This document shows positions 25,064-34,362 of a stretch of 40,870 nt of DNA, one piece after another; within the stretch, counting starts at the first letter, position 1, and every line of letters begins with the position of its first letter. A model generated the notes under the pieces. It ran no database searches. It saw nothing but the letters and a program-made list of their open reading frames with translations, and had not been told where the DNA came from. The stretch lies in the IMG/VR virus record IMGVR_UViG_3300031716_000150, positions 1-40,870 of that record; one strand, 5' to 3'. Both the position numbers and the translations under genes were made by a program. This stretch comes from a virus. Lineage: Duplodnaviria; Caudoviricetes.

Positions 25064-26740
25064 TTGGCCGATATCGACCCAACTACCGGCATACCACTAG
25101 CACTGACTACGCCGAATCCGGAGGCACTGCCGCCGGGGTTTGTGCCGCAGTTTCAGCAGCCAATTCCCGGCACTACCCCTATCCCTGGCGCGCCGCTGCC
25201 GCCGGGGTTTGCGCCTAATCCAGCAGGCGCTTTACCGCCGCCGCAGCCTGCGCCGGTACCGTCGCTGTTCAATCCGCTTCCGCCGCCTGCTGCTCCCGCT
25301 AATATCGCCCCTCAGGCTCCAGCGCCGTCCCAGCAGCCGCACGCTAATTCACACGCGCAGCCGGGGCTAGTCCAGCAGTTTGACAAGCAGATTGCTCAGT
25401 CACAGGCGCAGCAACAGACTGCCGCCGCTGACCTGGCTGCTACCCAGCAGCAGGGGGCCGCCGACGTCGCCGCAGCCCGTGGTGAACAGTCCAAGGAAAA
25501 GCTAGCACTGGCTGGAGAGCTGATTGCCAAGCAGCAGGAAATTCAGAAGCACAACCAAGCCCTTGACGCTATCGACGCAGCTAATCTCAAACAGGCCAAA
25601 GAAGCCACTATCCCTGACTTCTGGAAGGGACGCACAGGCAAACTAGTAGGAGCGACCATCTCCGTAGCACTGGCTGGCATTGGCGCCGGCTTACTTGGCA
25701 GTACTAATAACGAAGCGCTTAATAACATTCAGCATAACATTGACCAATACTTTCACAATCAAAAGGAGCGGATTGACAACCTCTACAAGTATGCAGAGGC
25801 GCAAGGGAAGCTGAATACTCAGACGCGGCTGCAGTATGCGCAGGACCTGCTCAATCTCAAAGACCAGCACAGTTATGTGATGCAGGCAGCGGCTGACCAT
25901 GTGCTGGAAGTGGCCGATAAGTCCAAGGGTGCCGCCGACGCAGCTACCACCAAGTTTATGGCGTCCAAGCTCAGTGAGCAGGGTATCAAGGATAAGATGG
26001 ACGTGCGCGAGCTGCGTAGCAAGATGATGCTGCAGGAAGCCCAGGCAGAGGCAGCCCGCGGTAACGCCGCCGAGTCTCGAGCCAGAGCAGCTCAGGGTGG
26101 CTACCTTACTCCTGCGCAGGCGTCGGGCCAGGCTATTCAGATTGTCAATCAGCTTGACCGTCAATACAAATACGTCAATGACCCTAAGACTGGCCTGGCT
26201 GCTCATGAGCGCGAGCTTGGCGGCAAACTCAAAGCCATCCAGGACAATCCTAACAACCCGGCTAACTGGGTGGCACTGGTTGACTCGGCTATCAAGACCA
26301 ACACCGGCAAGGCTGCCATAATGTCCCAGTACAACCTCTACATGGGCCACGCTGCCGGCGCCAACGATAACGTTGACCAGGTGCTCGAGAAGTTTCGTAC
26401 TGGCCTGCCGTCCAAGGCGCAGCAGCAGGCAATCCTTGGGGCTGCTCAGCAAGGCTACAACGAAATCACATCGATGGCTGGCGAAGCTAACAAGACCTAC
26501 CACGAAGCAGTAGACACCAATCCACTGATTGCGCAGAATCCTGCCGCCAGGGCCATGGTTGCCCAGCATGAGCGGTCTACCTTTGGCGGCTTCCCGAACT
26601 ACGGCAAGCACGAGACAGTGCTGGCGCCAGGACAAGCGCCAACTGCGGCTCCTGCGCCGTCCGCCGGACAGAACACTGTCGTGCATATGCCTAACGGCAC
26701 TGTCCAGGAATTCGACGCTAGCGGCAAGCGGGTCAAGTGA
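25064..26740 (+). CDS. Putative internal virion (ejection) protein
   Basis: Pro-rich N-terminus, coiled coils and one hydrophobic segment (LVGATISVALAGIGAGLLG). Confidence 0.7.
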   Translation: MADIDPTTGIPLALTTPNPEALPPGFVPQFQQPIPGTTPIPGAPLPPGFAPNPAGALPPPQPAPVPSLFNPLPPPAAPANIAPQAPAPSQQPHANSHAQPGLVQQFDKQIAQSQAQQQTAAADLAATQQQGAADVAAARGEQSKEKLALAGELIAKQQEIQKHNQALDAIDAANLKQAKEATIPDFWKGRTGKLVGATISVALAGIGAGLLGSTNNEALNNIQHNIDQYFHNQKERIDNLYKYAEAQGKLNTQTRLQYAQDLLNLKDQHSYVMQAAADHVLEVADKSKGAADAATTKFMASKLSEQGIKDKMDVRELRSKMMLQEAQAEAARGNAAESRARAAQGGYLTPAQASGQAIQIVNQLDRQYKYVNDPKTGLAAHERELGGKLKAIQDNPNNPANWVALVDSAIKTNTGKAAIMSQYNLYMGHAAGANDNVDQVLEKFRTGLPSKAQQQAILGAAQQGYNEITSMAGEANKTYHEAVDTNPLIAQNPAARAMVAQHERSTFGGFPNYGKHETVLAPGQAPTAAPAPSAGQNTVVHMPNGTVQEFDASGKRVK

Positions 26741-28347
26741 CTGACCTCGAGCTAGCCTTAGCCGCTGGCGGCAAAGTCTCCGGCCAGCCGACGGAGTTGC
26801 AGCAGGCCCTGGCAGCTGGTGGCACCATCGCAGGCAGCGCACCGGCTACGCAGCTGACTGAGCCAGGCAGAGCCGAAGCCCTTGGCCGTGGCGCACTCCA
26901 AGGCGTTACCCTGGGATTCTCAGACGAGATTGCCGGCGCCATCGGCAGCCTGTTCAGCGACAAAAGCTACAGCCAAATCCGTGACGAGTCTCGAGCTGCC
27001 AACGAAGCTGCTAGGCAAGCCCACGGCGGCTTCTACCTCGGCGGCGAATTGGTTGGCGGCGCTGCTACCAGCGTGGTTCCTGGCCTTAACATTGCCAAGG
27101 GAGCATCAATCGCAACTGCAGCTGGCAAGGCAGCTCTAGCCGGCGGCTTATCCGGTATCGGCAGCTCAGACAAGCAGGACTTTGCCGGCGTGGCAATGGA
27201 TGCGGCTAAGGCGGCAGCCGCTGGAGCTGTCATTGGCGGCGCCACGCAGGGACTGTCTAATGCAATCTCTAAGGCTCCTGAAAAGGCTAAGGACCTTGTT
27301 TTAAAGTCAATTGCAGAGGGCGAAGGTATCCACGGCTCTGCCACTATGACGGCAAAGAAGGCGCTGGCTAACAACGAAGCCAACGTTATTGATGCAGCGT
27401 CTCAGTCGTTTGTTCCAGAAGGTGCTACCAAGGCAATAAAGCTGTCTGACGTTATTGGCAAGCCTGCCAAGGAAGTGCTCCCGATTCTCGAGGAGCGGCT
27501 TAACCAAGTCGGAAGCCAGCTTGACCAGCACTACGACATGGTTGACAAAGTCACCGGCGGCGTCTCTATGCAAGACATGGTGACGTTTCTGGACAAGGAA
27601 GTAGCGTCTCTCAAGAAGTCGCCCCTTAACGAGCAGTACATCCGCGCTGTCCAGGACATCAAGAATTCTGCGCTCGAGGCATGGGCCCCTGAGCTGGCGC
27701 CTCAGATGGCTGCGCAAGAGCGGCTGACGCAGATGGGGCTCAAGAATCACAAGATGATTGAGGACGTATTAGTCCCTACGCGAGACGTGCGCGCGATGGT
27801 GACACGGCTGCAACAGCGCGGCAGCCAGGTCATTAACCCGCTCAATCCTGGCGAAGCCAGTCAGATGAAACAGGACATGGGCGCCCTGATGAAACAGTTC
27901 ATTGACCAGCATCTAACGATGCCGGAAGGCGCGGCTCCGGAAGCCAAAGCGGCAGTAGCAGCTATCAAGGAAATCAACAAGACATACAGTGGACTCAAGA
28001 CTATTGAAAAAGCCGTGGAACAACGCGGCCAGAAGGAAGCTGTCGGTGGCACTAGTCTCAAAGGTCATGGGTTCAATCTGCTTGGCCATGGCGGCGCTCT
28101 TGGTGCCGGGCTTATGGTCGCACATGGCAATATTCCAGGAGCCGTTGCATCACTGGCACTACCTAAGGTACTTGAGAAAGCGCCAATGGCAGGACGAGCC
28201 ATTACAGGGGCCGCAGTGAAGGCTAATACGATGATTGAGGCTCTGACTAACGCGGCGGCGCAGGGCAACCCATGGGCCAAGGCTCAGCTGGCGGCTATGC
28301 AGTCAGTGCCTAACGCTGCCGTCGTAGGCGCCGGAGAAAATCTCTAG
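26737..28347 (+). CDS. Putative internal virion (ejection) protein
   Basis: GALQGVTLGFSDEIAG motif typical of podoviral ejection proteins; Gly/Ala-rich amphipathic segments. Confidence 0.75.
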   Translation: MTDLELALAAGGKVSGQPTELQQALAAGGTIAGSAPATQLTEPGRAEALGRGALQGVTLGFSDEIAGAIGSLFSDKSYSQIRDESRAANEAARQAHGGFYLGGELVGGAATSVVPGLNIAKGASIATAAGKAALAGGLSGIGSSDKQDFAGVAMDAAKAAAAGAVIGGATQGLSNAISKAPEKAKDLVLKSIAEGEGIHGSATMTAKKALANNEANVIDAASQSFVPEGATKAIKLSDVIGKPAKEVLPILEERLNQVGSQLDQHYDMVDKVTGGVSMQDMVTFLDKEVASLKKSPLNEQYIRAVQDIKNSALEAWAPELAPQMAAQERLTQMGLKNHKMIEDVLVPTRDVRAMVTRLQQRGSQVINPLNPGEASQMKQDMGALMKQFIDQHLTMPEGAAPEAKAAVAAIKEINKTYSGLKTIEKAVEQRGQKEAVGGTSLKGHGFNLLGHGGALGAGLMVAHGNIPGAVASLALPKVLEKAPMAGRAITGAAVKANTMIEALTNAAAQGNPWAKAQLAAMQSVPNAAVVGAGENL

Positions 28348-29192
28348 TGGCGTATCCTGGCCGACCCAAGAACATTCCTCCTGCGCCGCTGCCGACGGTT
28401 GACCCAGTAGAACTGATGATGGCTGCCGTCGGCATCAAGGCAATCATTAGCCGCAAGGTTGAGACTATCAGTAACAAGCAACTGCGCGACATGGATGACC
28501 TGCCGGAGCGCATCAACGAAGCCGTAAGGGTCTGCGTGGACGGCACTAGCATCGAATACGAGCCAGAGCCCTACGATTATCGGCAGACGTTGCAGGACCT
28601 GGCTCTTGGGTGGGACGTTGGTCAGGTCCAGGCCATGATTGAGCAGTTTCCAGACGATTTCATGTCGGCTGGCTCTGCTTTGATTGTTCGTAGCCAAGAG
28701 ATTATCAAGGCCATGCTGCGCGACTACCCTGTCACTAATTACCAAACCGTCGCCGGCAGTGACCAGCTCACGCCCAGTAACACGAAGATGTTTCGATTTG
28801 TGTCGGTGCTAGAGGTAGTCGACCATCCTGAATGCATTCCGTATCTGATTCACTGCGGCGGCCTACTGCAGTCTCAGGTAAAGGCTATGCGAGCTGTGTA
28901 TCCGACGTTGTCTGAGTTCATCGACGCGGCGCTATTCCAGGCAATCACGGCTGCCAGGGCCAAGGACAAGTCGTTTCAGCTGCCGTTCCGCGTCGAATAC
29001 GGAGTCAAGGCTTGGTGGGGGCGCCCGCCAATCAGCGACCAGTCTCTGGCCAAGGCTCAGATGGTGGCCAAGGCTGCTACGGCCAAGAAGAATGCCCAGG
29101 CACAGGCCGAGGCAGAGCCACCAAGCCGCCAGTCAGCCGCCGATAGCCCTGATTCCACTGCCTTAGGCAGAGCAGAGGCTGCGTCAGGCTAG
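28347..29192 (+). CDS. Hypothetical virion-associated protein, 281 aa
   Basis: TAGTG coupling to the previous gene; last gene of the ejection cluster. Confidence 0.7.
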   Translation: MAYPGRPKNIPPAPLPTVDPVELMMAAVGIKAIISRKVETISNKQLRDMDDLPERINEAVRVCVDGTSIEYEPEPYDYRQTLQDLALGWDVGQVQAMIEQFPDDFMSAGSALIVRSQEIIKAMLRDYPVTNYQTVAGSDQLTPSNTKMFRFVSVLEVVDHPECIPYLIHCGGLLQSQVKAMRAVYPTLSEFIDAALFQAITAARAKDKSFQLPFRVEYGVKAWWGRPPISDQSLAKAQMVAKAATAKKNAQAQAEAEPPSRQSAADSPDSTALGRAEAASG

Positions 29193-29225
29193 CAGCAATT
29201 ACCATAACTTAGCGAAATTACGGCG

Positions 29226-29238
29226 CTAAACGCCGATT
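29226..29238 (+). promoter_or_regulatory. Putative late-promoter motif CTAAACGCCGATT
   Basis: 12/13 match to the 19080 and 24434 motif; intergenic, followed by GAGGA RBS. Confidence 0.55.
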
Positions 29239-29249
29239 GATGAGGAAAC

Positions 29250-29900
29250 ATGGGAGCCAAGCGACAAAAGGGACAGTCTGACGACGCCGAGATTATCAAC
29301 GAAGCATTTACCGGCACTGACGCCATCGTTTCCAGCGGCGACGACATGCGTGAGTTTGATTCTGTCGGCGCGCAGCTAATTGTTGACTACAACCAGACTG
29401 AGTTTTCTGGCTCGGATTCTGACGACGTTGTCGACCTTACTAAGACCTGGACGCTGTCTGAGTTTACGTTCACTGGCCTTGAGGGTGCTACCATTCGCGT
29501 CGAAGGCTCGGCTACCAGCGACGGCGATTACGTCATTGATACTGTCACTTCGGCCCATGTGATTGTTACGACGGCAGGCCCCGGCGCTGACGAGACGTTT
29601 GACGATGCACTCCGCGTCACTGTCATTCGCACTGATGACCCACCGGCTGGTGATTGGTCAATCGAAGTCAGCAACAACTTCGTGCCTGAGACTAACGGCA
29701 CCGTCTACGGCCAGGTTCCCAATGCCGGCGACTGGACGGACATTACTAGCCAGTTTAGCCCTGTCATTGCCGCCGTCACTGACGAAGACAGCCAGTATGT
29801 TCAGGCTGATTTGACGGCTCGAGATATTCGCTACACGTTCACGCCATCTAGCGGCCAAGGCATTGTCAAGGTCCGCCGCTTTGCTAAGAGCTGGAGCTAG
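29250..29900 (+). CDS. Putative acidic beta-rich virion protein
   Basis: GAGGA RBS; beta-strand composition; start of the fibre/spike cluster. Confidence 0.65.
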   Translation: MGAKRQKGQSDDAEIINEAFTGTDAIVSSGDDMREFDSVGAQLIVDYNQTEFSGSDSDDVVDLTKTWTLSEFTFTGLEGATIRVEGSATSDGDYVIDTVTSAHVIVTTAGPGADETFDDALRVTVIRTDDPPAGDWSIEVSNNFVPETNGTVYGQVPNAGDWTDITSQFSPVIAAVTDEDSQYVQADLTARDIRYTFTPSSGQGIVKVRRFAKSWS

Positions 29901-29902
29901 AA

Positions 29903-30814
29903 ATGAGCAGCTACGTTTTCGTAAAGCAAGCTAACGGAGAGTTTCTCAAGCTCCTGTCTGATGATGACGGCATCATTCAGTATACGACCAACGGCGATAG
30001 CTTTGACGGCTTGGCCGTTGGCACAGCTACAGAAGCTGAGCATGCGGTTACGGCTGACACGGCAACGCTTGCCGATACTGCCACTCTGGCCACAACTGCT
30101 ACTGCGGCAACTGGTCCTGCCAATGCTGCTACGTTTACCGCGGCTCTGAACGCTGCTACGTCGTCGCTCCCTGGCCTAATGACGGCGGCTCAGTTCCTCA
30201 AGCTGCGCGACCTCGACTATGATGGATGGTTCAAGGCTCAAGCGGACCTGATGCATACGCAGGTCCCGCTGCTGACAAACTTCCGCGAGATTAAGATTGG
30301 CGACTACCCTGTCCCTATCACTGTCGCTGCAACCGATGACGCTAACGTTGAGGGCGGCGGCTTTGCTGTGCCTGCGGCGACGTCTGTTAAGCTGGCTAAC
30401 AGCACGTTCCAGACGCCTAAGACCAAGTCATGGGCCGTGTCTTTCCGGGCCATCCTGGCTGTTGACGACGAGACTACGTATAACGCCGTCGGAACGTCTG
30501 ACGCGACCGGTAGCCATTTCTGTCAAGTCATGGTCGAGACCAACTTAGGTAGCGGCAACTCATACTACCTGCAGTTTACCGACGGCACGCCTACTAGTAT
30601 TAATTCTACCGTCGCTTCCGATGGTCTAGTGCACGACTTCATGCTGACGTTTGACACGGTTACAATCAAACTGTTCATTGACGGCGTTGTAACAGCAGCT
30701 ACGTCAACGACGCTGACTCACTTTCCTACTAACCGCCAATTCCCGTATGGCTTTAACACTGACGCAGGCGGAGTAAAGATTCTTCGCGCCTGCTACGGCT
30801 ACGTTGCACCTTAA
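29903..30814 (+). CDS. Putative tail fibre with LamG/ConA-like C-terminal domain
   Basis: A.TA..A.TA repeats, GLMTAAQFLKL fibre motif and DGLVHDFMLTFDTVTIKLFIDGV. Confidence 0.65.
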   Translation: MSSYVFVKQANGEFLKLLSDDDGIIQYTTNGDSFDGLAVGTATEAEHAVTADTATLADTATLATTATAATGPANAATFTAALNAATSSLPGLMTAAQFLKLRDLDYDGWFKAQADLMHTQVPLLTNFREIKIGDYPVPITVAATDDANVEGGGFAVPAATSVKLANSTFQTPKTKSWAVSFRAILAVDDETTYNAVGTSDATGSHFCQVMVETNLGSGNSYYLQFTDGTPTSINSTVASDGLVHDFMLTFDTVTIKLFIDGVVTAATSTTLTHFPTNRQFPYGFNTDAGGVKILRACYGYVAP

Positions 30815-30824
30815 GGATTAGACT

Positions 30825-33257
30825 ATGCCTTTCTTTCCAGCAGGCGGCGGCGGTTCTACTCCATGGCTTGCGACACAGATGTATGTGTCGCCGTCAGGCA
30901 ATGACAACAACCCAGGAACCAGCTGGCAGACGCCGTTCAAGCATATCTACAATGCCCTGGTAGCTCTGCGCGCTGCCGGCGGCGGCACCTTGTTCGTTGC
31001 CTCTGGCTGCTCTGTCGGCGGCCCTGTGACTGGCCAGGGCATCTGGATGCGACGCGACCGCGTCAACGTCACTAACCAGCCTACAGGCTTCTTCCCTGCG
31101 CCTGGGTTTATTCCGCTGGATGTGCCTATCAAGATTGTCGGCTGCGGCGACAGTCCCGGCGTCGGTCCATTCGTCAATCCCGTACAGACTGACTTCGACG
31201 TTGGTGTCACTGGCGGCGACAGGCTACTGCCTCGAGTCTGCATCGTTGGCATGGCCCAGCAGCAGCCATTCACAATGGAGAACATGCAGGGCAGCACTGC
31301 TGACTTCATTGGTAATCGAATCGGCGTTGATTACGACCGCAAGGTTAACGGCGATGTAGCCCTGATGACAGTCACCAACGGCACCAGAACTGGTACTAGC
31401 ACAGTGCTGACAGTGACGCTGCCGACGGGGCTTACGGTGACAACTGCCAGCCGCACCAGCAACGTTACGACGCTGCACATTCCTAATCCTGGGTTGCCGT
31501 GGGCGCCTATCCGCGTCGGCGGGCACATCAAGGTTACCTCCACAGACCCTAACTTCAGCAGCGGAGACAAGACCATCACTGCCATGATTGGGCCGCTGGA
31601 AACATCGCCTAACGTGTATTGGGAAGTTAGCTACGCTGAGACTGCATCTAACGTTCCGTCTGGTCCTGTTAGCGGCAGCGTTGTCATGCAGTCGCACGGC
31701 TGCATCGCCGGTGAAATCCTCGACCTCTTCTCTACTAACGCGCACTTCACTAACGCGCCATACAAGGTTACTTCGGCAACGGCTGAAACGATTACAGTTC
31801 TGGACGAGCAAGGCGACGGCGACCGCAACATCAACAACATCGGCACCTGTGCTCACCAGGAACGATGCTACGGCCAGACGGCGATGGTGCGGTTTACTAA
31901 CTGCTCTAATCCTGTCGCAAGTGCCGGATTCCACGGATTCGACATCGGAGCTACTCAGTCGATTGTGCCGATTATTGAAGACTGCTATGCAGGCGGCAGC
32001 GCTGACAGAGTCACGCACGACCCGCGTATTCAGGCGTCAATCTACTGCTACGGCGGAAGTGACGGCGCCAGCGGACTGAGAATCTATCGCAGCAACACCA
32101 ACGGCTGTGAGATGCTGCATGAGACGGGGGCAAGCGCGACTGGATATCTTGAGGTACACAGCCTGCTGCATGAGCAACCGACGTCGCTGTCTACGCTGCC
32201 TGCAATGCGAGCTTGGGGCAATCAGTTTACCGTTGTTACGGCCGATGATGTCAGTAACAATGACGGCGCCGTTGTCAACGTTGCTGACATTGAGTTGACC
32301 AGCATCCCTGCCAGCCAGGCAATCATTACCCGCTCTGGCCCTGTTGATGGGCCGTGCATGAGCGGCGACAACTGGCGATTTGCCAACGTCTGGGGCGCCG
32401 GCTTGGCCAGCCCATGGCGCGGCGGTCCCTATGGCAGCGGGCTGCATGTTACCACTTGGGCTGACGGTAGAATCACTGGCAAGCATCCTGGCTCGGCCAG
32501 AAGCTTTGGCGTTCAGCAGCCGCGGTTTGCCAACGTCATCGAGGCTCCGTCTGCATGGGGCATTTCTGGCGGAGACCCTGTCAGAACGCTTAACGTCAGC
32601 GGCCCTGACGGCAACAGCACTGCTACGCGGCTGGTGTCTACGGCTCAGACGCTGACGATTATCCATCACGACGCGGTTGACGGCAATACTTGGGCCGTCG
32701 GCGGTCACTTCGTTGTCTGTGGCTGGGTTAATGCTCATTCAACCGTGGCAATGCTGCCGTCAGTGTGCTTTGAGGTTCTAGCCACTGGTATTACCTGGGA
32801 GGAGTCTGGCACTGGCACACTGTTTATCCCTGCTGGCTACAACGGTACCGGCTGGCAGCTCGTCTGTGGCGTCGGCACAGTTGCCACCGTGTCAGATTCC
32901 ACGCCTAACTTCATTGTCTACGTTGCTGGTCAGGCTGGTGGCACCGTTGACTACGAAGGGTTGACGGCGTTCTATATTCCTGACACCGTTGCCGCTGACG
33001 ATGCTGTTGAATACGCGCTGACCATGAAGGCTATGCCGCGGTATCTGGCGCCTGGCATGGCTGGCACGCTCGAGGGCACTAAGCTAATCGCCCACGGCGG
33101 CTTGGGTGTGTCGGCGTCATTGGCCAAGACCGTCGGCGCTGGCTCTGGGCAGCTGACGCTGACTGGCACTGGGACTACTTACATTCCCATCTACGCCGCT
33201 GACGGTACGACCATCCAGGGCTGGGTTGCTCAGCTGCAGGCTACGGTTAATCCGTAG
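30825..33257 (+). CDS. Putative tailspike / receptor-binding protein (beta-helix-type N-terminus, CBM-like C-terminus)
   Basis: YVSPSGNDNNPGTSWQTPFKHI..AL......GGTLFVASG is the cap motif of pectin-lyase-like beta-helix proteins; GPDGNSTATRL...GWQLV suggests a carbohydrate-binding module. Confidence 0.7.
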   Translation: MPFFPAGGGGSTPWLATQMYVSPSGNDNNPGTSWQTPFKHIYNALVALRAAGGGTLFVASGCSVGGPVTGQGIWMRRDRVNVTNQPTGFFPAPGFIPLDVPIKIVGCGDSPGVGPFVNPVQTDFDVGVTGGDRLLPRVCIVGMAQQQPFTMENMQGSTADFIGNRIGVDYDRKVNGDVALMTVTNGTRTGTSTVLTVTLPTGLTVTTASRTSNVTTLHIPNPGLPWAPIRVGGHIKVTSTDPNFSSGDKTITAMIGPLETSPNVYWEVSYAETASNVPSGPVSGSVVMQSHGCIAGEILDLFSTNAHFTNAPYKVTSATAETITVLDEQGDGDRNINNIGTCAHQERCYGQTAMVRFTNCSNPVASAGFHGFDIGATQSIVPIIEDCYAGGSADRVTHDPRIQASIYCYGGSDGASGLRIYRSNTNGCEMLHETGASATGYLEVHSLLHEQPTSLSTLPAMRAWGNQFTVVTADDVSNNDGAVVNVADIELTSIPASQAIITRSGPVDGPCMSGDNWRFANVWGAGLASPWRGGPYGSGLHVTTWADGRITGKHPGSARSFGVQQPRFANVIEAPSAWGISGGDPVRTLNVSGPDGNSTATRLVSTAQTLTIIHHDAVDGNTWAVGGHFVVCGWVNAHSTVAMLPSVCFEVLATGITWEESGTGTLFIPAGYNGTGWQLVCGVGTVATVSDSTPNFIVYVAGQAGGTVDYEGLTAFYIPDTVAADDAVEYALTMKAMPRYLAPGMAGTLEGTKLIAHGGLGVSASLAKTVGAGSGQLTLTGTGTTYIPIYAADGTTIQGWVAQLQATVNP

Positions 33258-33262
33258 CAGCC

Positions 33263-34132
33263 ATGAGTTACCTAGCTGGTCCTGCATTCCTTGACGAAAC
33301 CGGGAAGGTTCCTGCAGCCGCCCTGCCCGCACCTGCAGGAGGAAACCTATCAGCATGCTGGCCAATCGGCTCAATCTTCTTTTCAGCTGTGTCTACGAAT
33401 CCTGCGACGCTGCTAGGGTTCGGCACATGGGTAGCTTTCGGGGCCGGCAAATTCCCTGTCGGCTTCGACTCCAATCAGACTGAGTTTGATGCCGACGGTG
33501 AGACTGGCGGCGCTAAGACGTTTACGCCTGCTGGCACTGTCAGCGCTCCTACGTTCACTGGCAGCAGCGCTAGCACCAGTTCTAACAGCGCAGGTACTCC
33601 AGCAGGAACCAACTCTGCGCCCGCATTCACTGGCAGTAGCGCCGCCACTAGCTCTGACTCAGCCGGTACCCCCGCCGGAACTAACTCGGCTCCTACATTC
33701 ACTGGCTCTGCCCTGGCTACTCACCAGCACGAGCTGCCGTTTATCAAGGCCAACTCTGGCACAGGCACGCTTAGCATGCTGGCGCCGACGGTGTTTGGAA
33801 CTGGCACCTCGAGGGCCCCTATTTCAGTCTCCGCGGCTCCTACGGCCAATACCACATCGGCGGCAGTAGAGCTGTCAGAAGCCAAGTCGGCCGGGACTCC
33901 CGCAGGCACTGTCAGCGCTCCTACGTTCACTGGCAACGCCTTGCAAGCGCACAGCCATACTGTTACAGCCACTGGCACCGTCGCCGCTCCTACATTTACA
34001 GGCAGCGCCCTGGCTGGGCATAGCCATACTGTTACTGCGGCAGGAACTAACTCTGCTCCTACCTTCACTGGCTCGGCTGGCACCAGCCTGCCGCCGTATA
34101 TCACGCTGCGTATGTGGCAAAGGACCGCCTAA
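33263..34132 (+). CDS. Fibre protein, T4 gp10 C-terminal / tail-collar-like, with internal repeats
   Basis: WPIGSIFFS..STNPATLLGFGTW..FGAGKFPVG...GETGGAKT and LPPYITLRMWQRTA; three HxH motifs. Confidence 0.8.
   Translation: MSYLAGPAFLDETGKVPAAALPAPAGGNLSACWPIGSIFFSAVSTNPATLLGFGTWVAFGAGKFPVGFDSNQTEFDADGETGGAKTFTPAGTVSAPTFTGSSASTSSNSAGTPAGTNSAPAFTGSSAATSSDSAGTPAGTNSAPTFTGSALATHQHELPFIKANSGTGTLSMLAPTVFGTGTSRAPISVSAAPTANTTSAAVELSEAKSAGTPAGTVSAPTFTGNALQAHSHTVTATGTVAAPTFTGSALAGHSHTVTAAGTNSAPTFTGSAGTSLPPYITLRMWQRTA
33524..34080 (+). repeat. Six copies of coding repeat GT(V/N)(S/A)AP(T/A)FTG
   Basis: Visible in the protein and in DNA (ggcactgtcagcgctcctacgttcactggca occurs twice exactly, near 33533 and 33905). 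Confidence 0.9.
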
Positions 34133-34362
34133 TGCTGTCTGTAATCCTAAGCGCGCTGTCCGTCATCGTCACCATCGCCATAGCAGCGCTGGGGCTTGCA
34201 AGGGCCTACGGCGCCAACGTTCACGCCCTGACGCTGCTGACTGAGCAGGTCAAGGAAATGAGAGATACGCAGGCCAAGACCCTTGCCAGGGTCGGCCGGC
34301 TCGAGGCATTTGCAGAGATAATGCCTGAGCTTAGCGGCAAAGTCAGGATGCCACTTGAATGA
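34132..34362 (+). CDS. Single-TM + coiled-coil protein (holin or lysis-associated candidate)
   Basis: TAATG coupling; MLSVILSALSVIVTIAIAALGL followed by a coiled coil ending RVGRLEA. Confidence 0.6.
   Translation: MLSVILSALSVIVTIAIAALGLARAYGANVHALTLLTEQVKEMRDTQAKTLARVGRLEAFAEIMPELSGKVRMPLE

Noticed and set aside
26740-26840. Tandem peptide repeat (TDLELALAAGG / TELQQALAAGG) and Pro-rich tracts in portal and ejection proteins
   Set aside because: Ordinary low-complexity or disordered segments common in podoviral internal proteins.
12046-29238. Canonical sigma-28 promoters
   Set aside because: GCCGAT is present, but none has TAAA 15 nt upstream; kept only as a non-canonical motif.
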